Positions 62,358 to 64,000 of a DNA stretch of 64,000 bases are shown in pieces. The position numbers and the translations under genes were made by a program. The notes beneath the pieces are model-generated. The model did not search any database, was not told the DNA's origin, and was given only the letters and a program-made list of their open reading frames with translations. Source of the DNA: the human T2T-CHM13v2.0 reference genome, Homo sapiens; assembly GCF_009914755.1 (NCBI RefSeq), contig NC_060931.1; one strand, written 5' to 3'. Positions within the stretch are counted from its first letter, which is position 1. Every line of letters starts with the position of its first letter.

Positions 62358-63185
62358 AAAATTTTTCTAAAAAGAAAGAAACAGCAGAGTGTGTAAGAGG
62401 CAAAGAATTTGCCTCAATGCCCAGGTGTAGTGTGGGGGAGGGAAAAGATTTTCATGCCTATCTTCCTAGCTGTGTGGAAACAGAGGGACAGGTTGGAGCC
62501 CTCACTTTCCCAGTCTCCTGGTAAGAAGAAATCCCAAAAGAACTATCTTCATATTTGTGTAATTTTTCAATCCTTTTAAATACTTTACCCTCTTGTACTA
62601 TAATTGAGAAGTAGCCCTCCTCTTTCTTGAGAGTAGAATGTAATGCCTATATTCTAACAAATTTTTAGGAGAGGGGATGAAGTAGGAATAAGGACTTTAA
62701 CTTCCTTAGTAGGGAGGAAAAACAGTTGGGCAGATAAGTTCATGAAAAAGAGAGGACAGATATTGAAGAAGGTAGAATATGAGTTGAGAGTGATTGGGTA
62801 ATGTCAGGTAGATTGTGGGGAGTCTGGAAATTATGATGAAAAGATTTGACTTTTTAATTTTAATTAATTTATTCTATGCAAGAGAGAGTACAGGAAAGGG
62901 AGAAATTATTGATGATAATTCCTATGTGGAATACATTTGAGAGGTGTTTTGAAGACAGGCAAGGCAAGAGGGCTTGGTGAATATATATGTAGAGCAATGG
63001 AGTGGAGGAATAAAAAATAATTCTGTCATTGAATATATGTAAAAGATGTAAAGCACCCCTGGTAATGTCCTTTTGCTGATTTTTTTGGCCAGTGGACTAT
63101 CAATTTTGGCTAGGTCCAGAAATGGTTAACTTTGGGAAGCTGACTATATTACTGTGAAGTTACTTTATACTGTTAGATAATTTAC

Positions 63186-63310
63186 TTATATTGGTTGAAA
63201 AGCACAGAGTGCTATTTCTTCTCATTCTTTCTTAATTTCTTTTCTTAACTTGTACACAGAAGCCCAGGAATACATTCCAATTCTCCCCTCAAGTTTGTCA
63301 ATAAGAATAT
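63186..63310 (-). pseudogene. candidate decayed exon (125 nt)
   Basis: Acceptor 'ctctgtgcag|', donor gtaaat; DILIDKLEGRIGMYSWASVYKLRKEIKKE*EEIALCAFQPI. Confidence 0.4.
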
Positions 63311-64000
63311 CTGCACAGAGCCATGGTCAGGCAAAGGACACTTGCATTACTGGCTGACATCTTGGTTTTAATCTGAGCAGGAGACAAAGCAAGCCAAGTA
63401 GCTTCCCTCTAAATTCATATTTATATATTGGATTGCACTTCTTTGATGGCAAAAACAAGACAAAACACAACAAATACAGACACAAAAACAAAAAAAGACA
63501 GTGCTAGGGGAAAGAGTGATGATAATGGCTCAAGAGGTAATGGGGCAGCCCTGGTCCCTCTTACTTCAGCTGCATTGGCAGGCATCCAAAAAGACAAAGT
63601 GACATTGAGAAGCAGAAACAGAATCCCAGATGAAAGACAGATCATGTCCTTAGCACTATGGCCCAACTATAATGCTCTTGTCCCTGACCAATCTATATTA
63701 GCATCACTTTTTCTTGGAAGAAAGGTTAAACAATTCACAATGTAAAATGTCTACCTTACTAAATGAAGTTTGTGACAACTAAAAAATCCTTAAACATACA
63801 CATTTGTGGCCATGCATATATTCCATTAACTCTCAAAAAATTAACATGTTCACAAAACAAACAGAGAAATGAGGCAGACCAAGTAACTTATTTTAAGTGA
63901 CCAATCAAAACTGTTAACACAGATGTGCACACAGACATCATCAATCAAGATGTGCACACAGACATCACAGTCAATCAATAAAAAGTGAATTAATAAAAAA

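Noticed and set aside
63428-63745. 105-aa plus-strand ORF
   Set aside because: TTG start, low-complexity A/C-rich beginning, and no splice or domain support.

Overview
This is AT-rich primate (most likely human or close hominoid) genomic DNA. It is dominated by interspersed repeats: L1 (L1PA/L1PB/L1M), Alu (J/S/Y), L2, MIR, MaLR/ERVL solo LTRs (MLT1, THE1, MLT2) and DNA-transposon relics (MER5, MER20, MER94, MARNA-like). I see no intact protein-coding gene, RNA gene, CpG island or CRISPR array, and nearly all ORFs in the track are repeat-derived or chance. The main unexplained signal is in the unique DNA between repeats. There, about 15 minus-strand segments (~16.6-63.3 kb) have acceptor/donor boundaries, protein-like frames with scattered stops and several phase-compatible junctions. 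One segment regains a fully open 74-codon frame when an inserted AluS is removed. This pattern suggests a decayed multi-exon (unitary-type) pseudogene, tentatively RGS22/RGSL1-like by eye. Small plus-strand exon candidates suggest an overlapping antisense spliced transcript. Other notable structures are an L1 3' transduction, a nested and internally deleted L1 that keeps its 5' end, and a 124-bp perfect AT-rich palindrome. Repeat subfamily names come from pattern recognition rather than a database search, and boundaries of old repeats are approximate.
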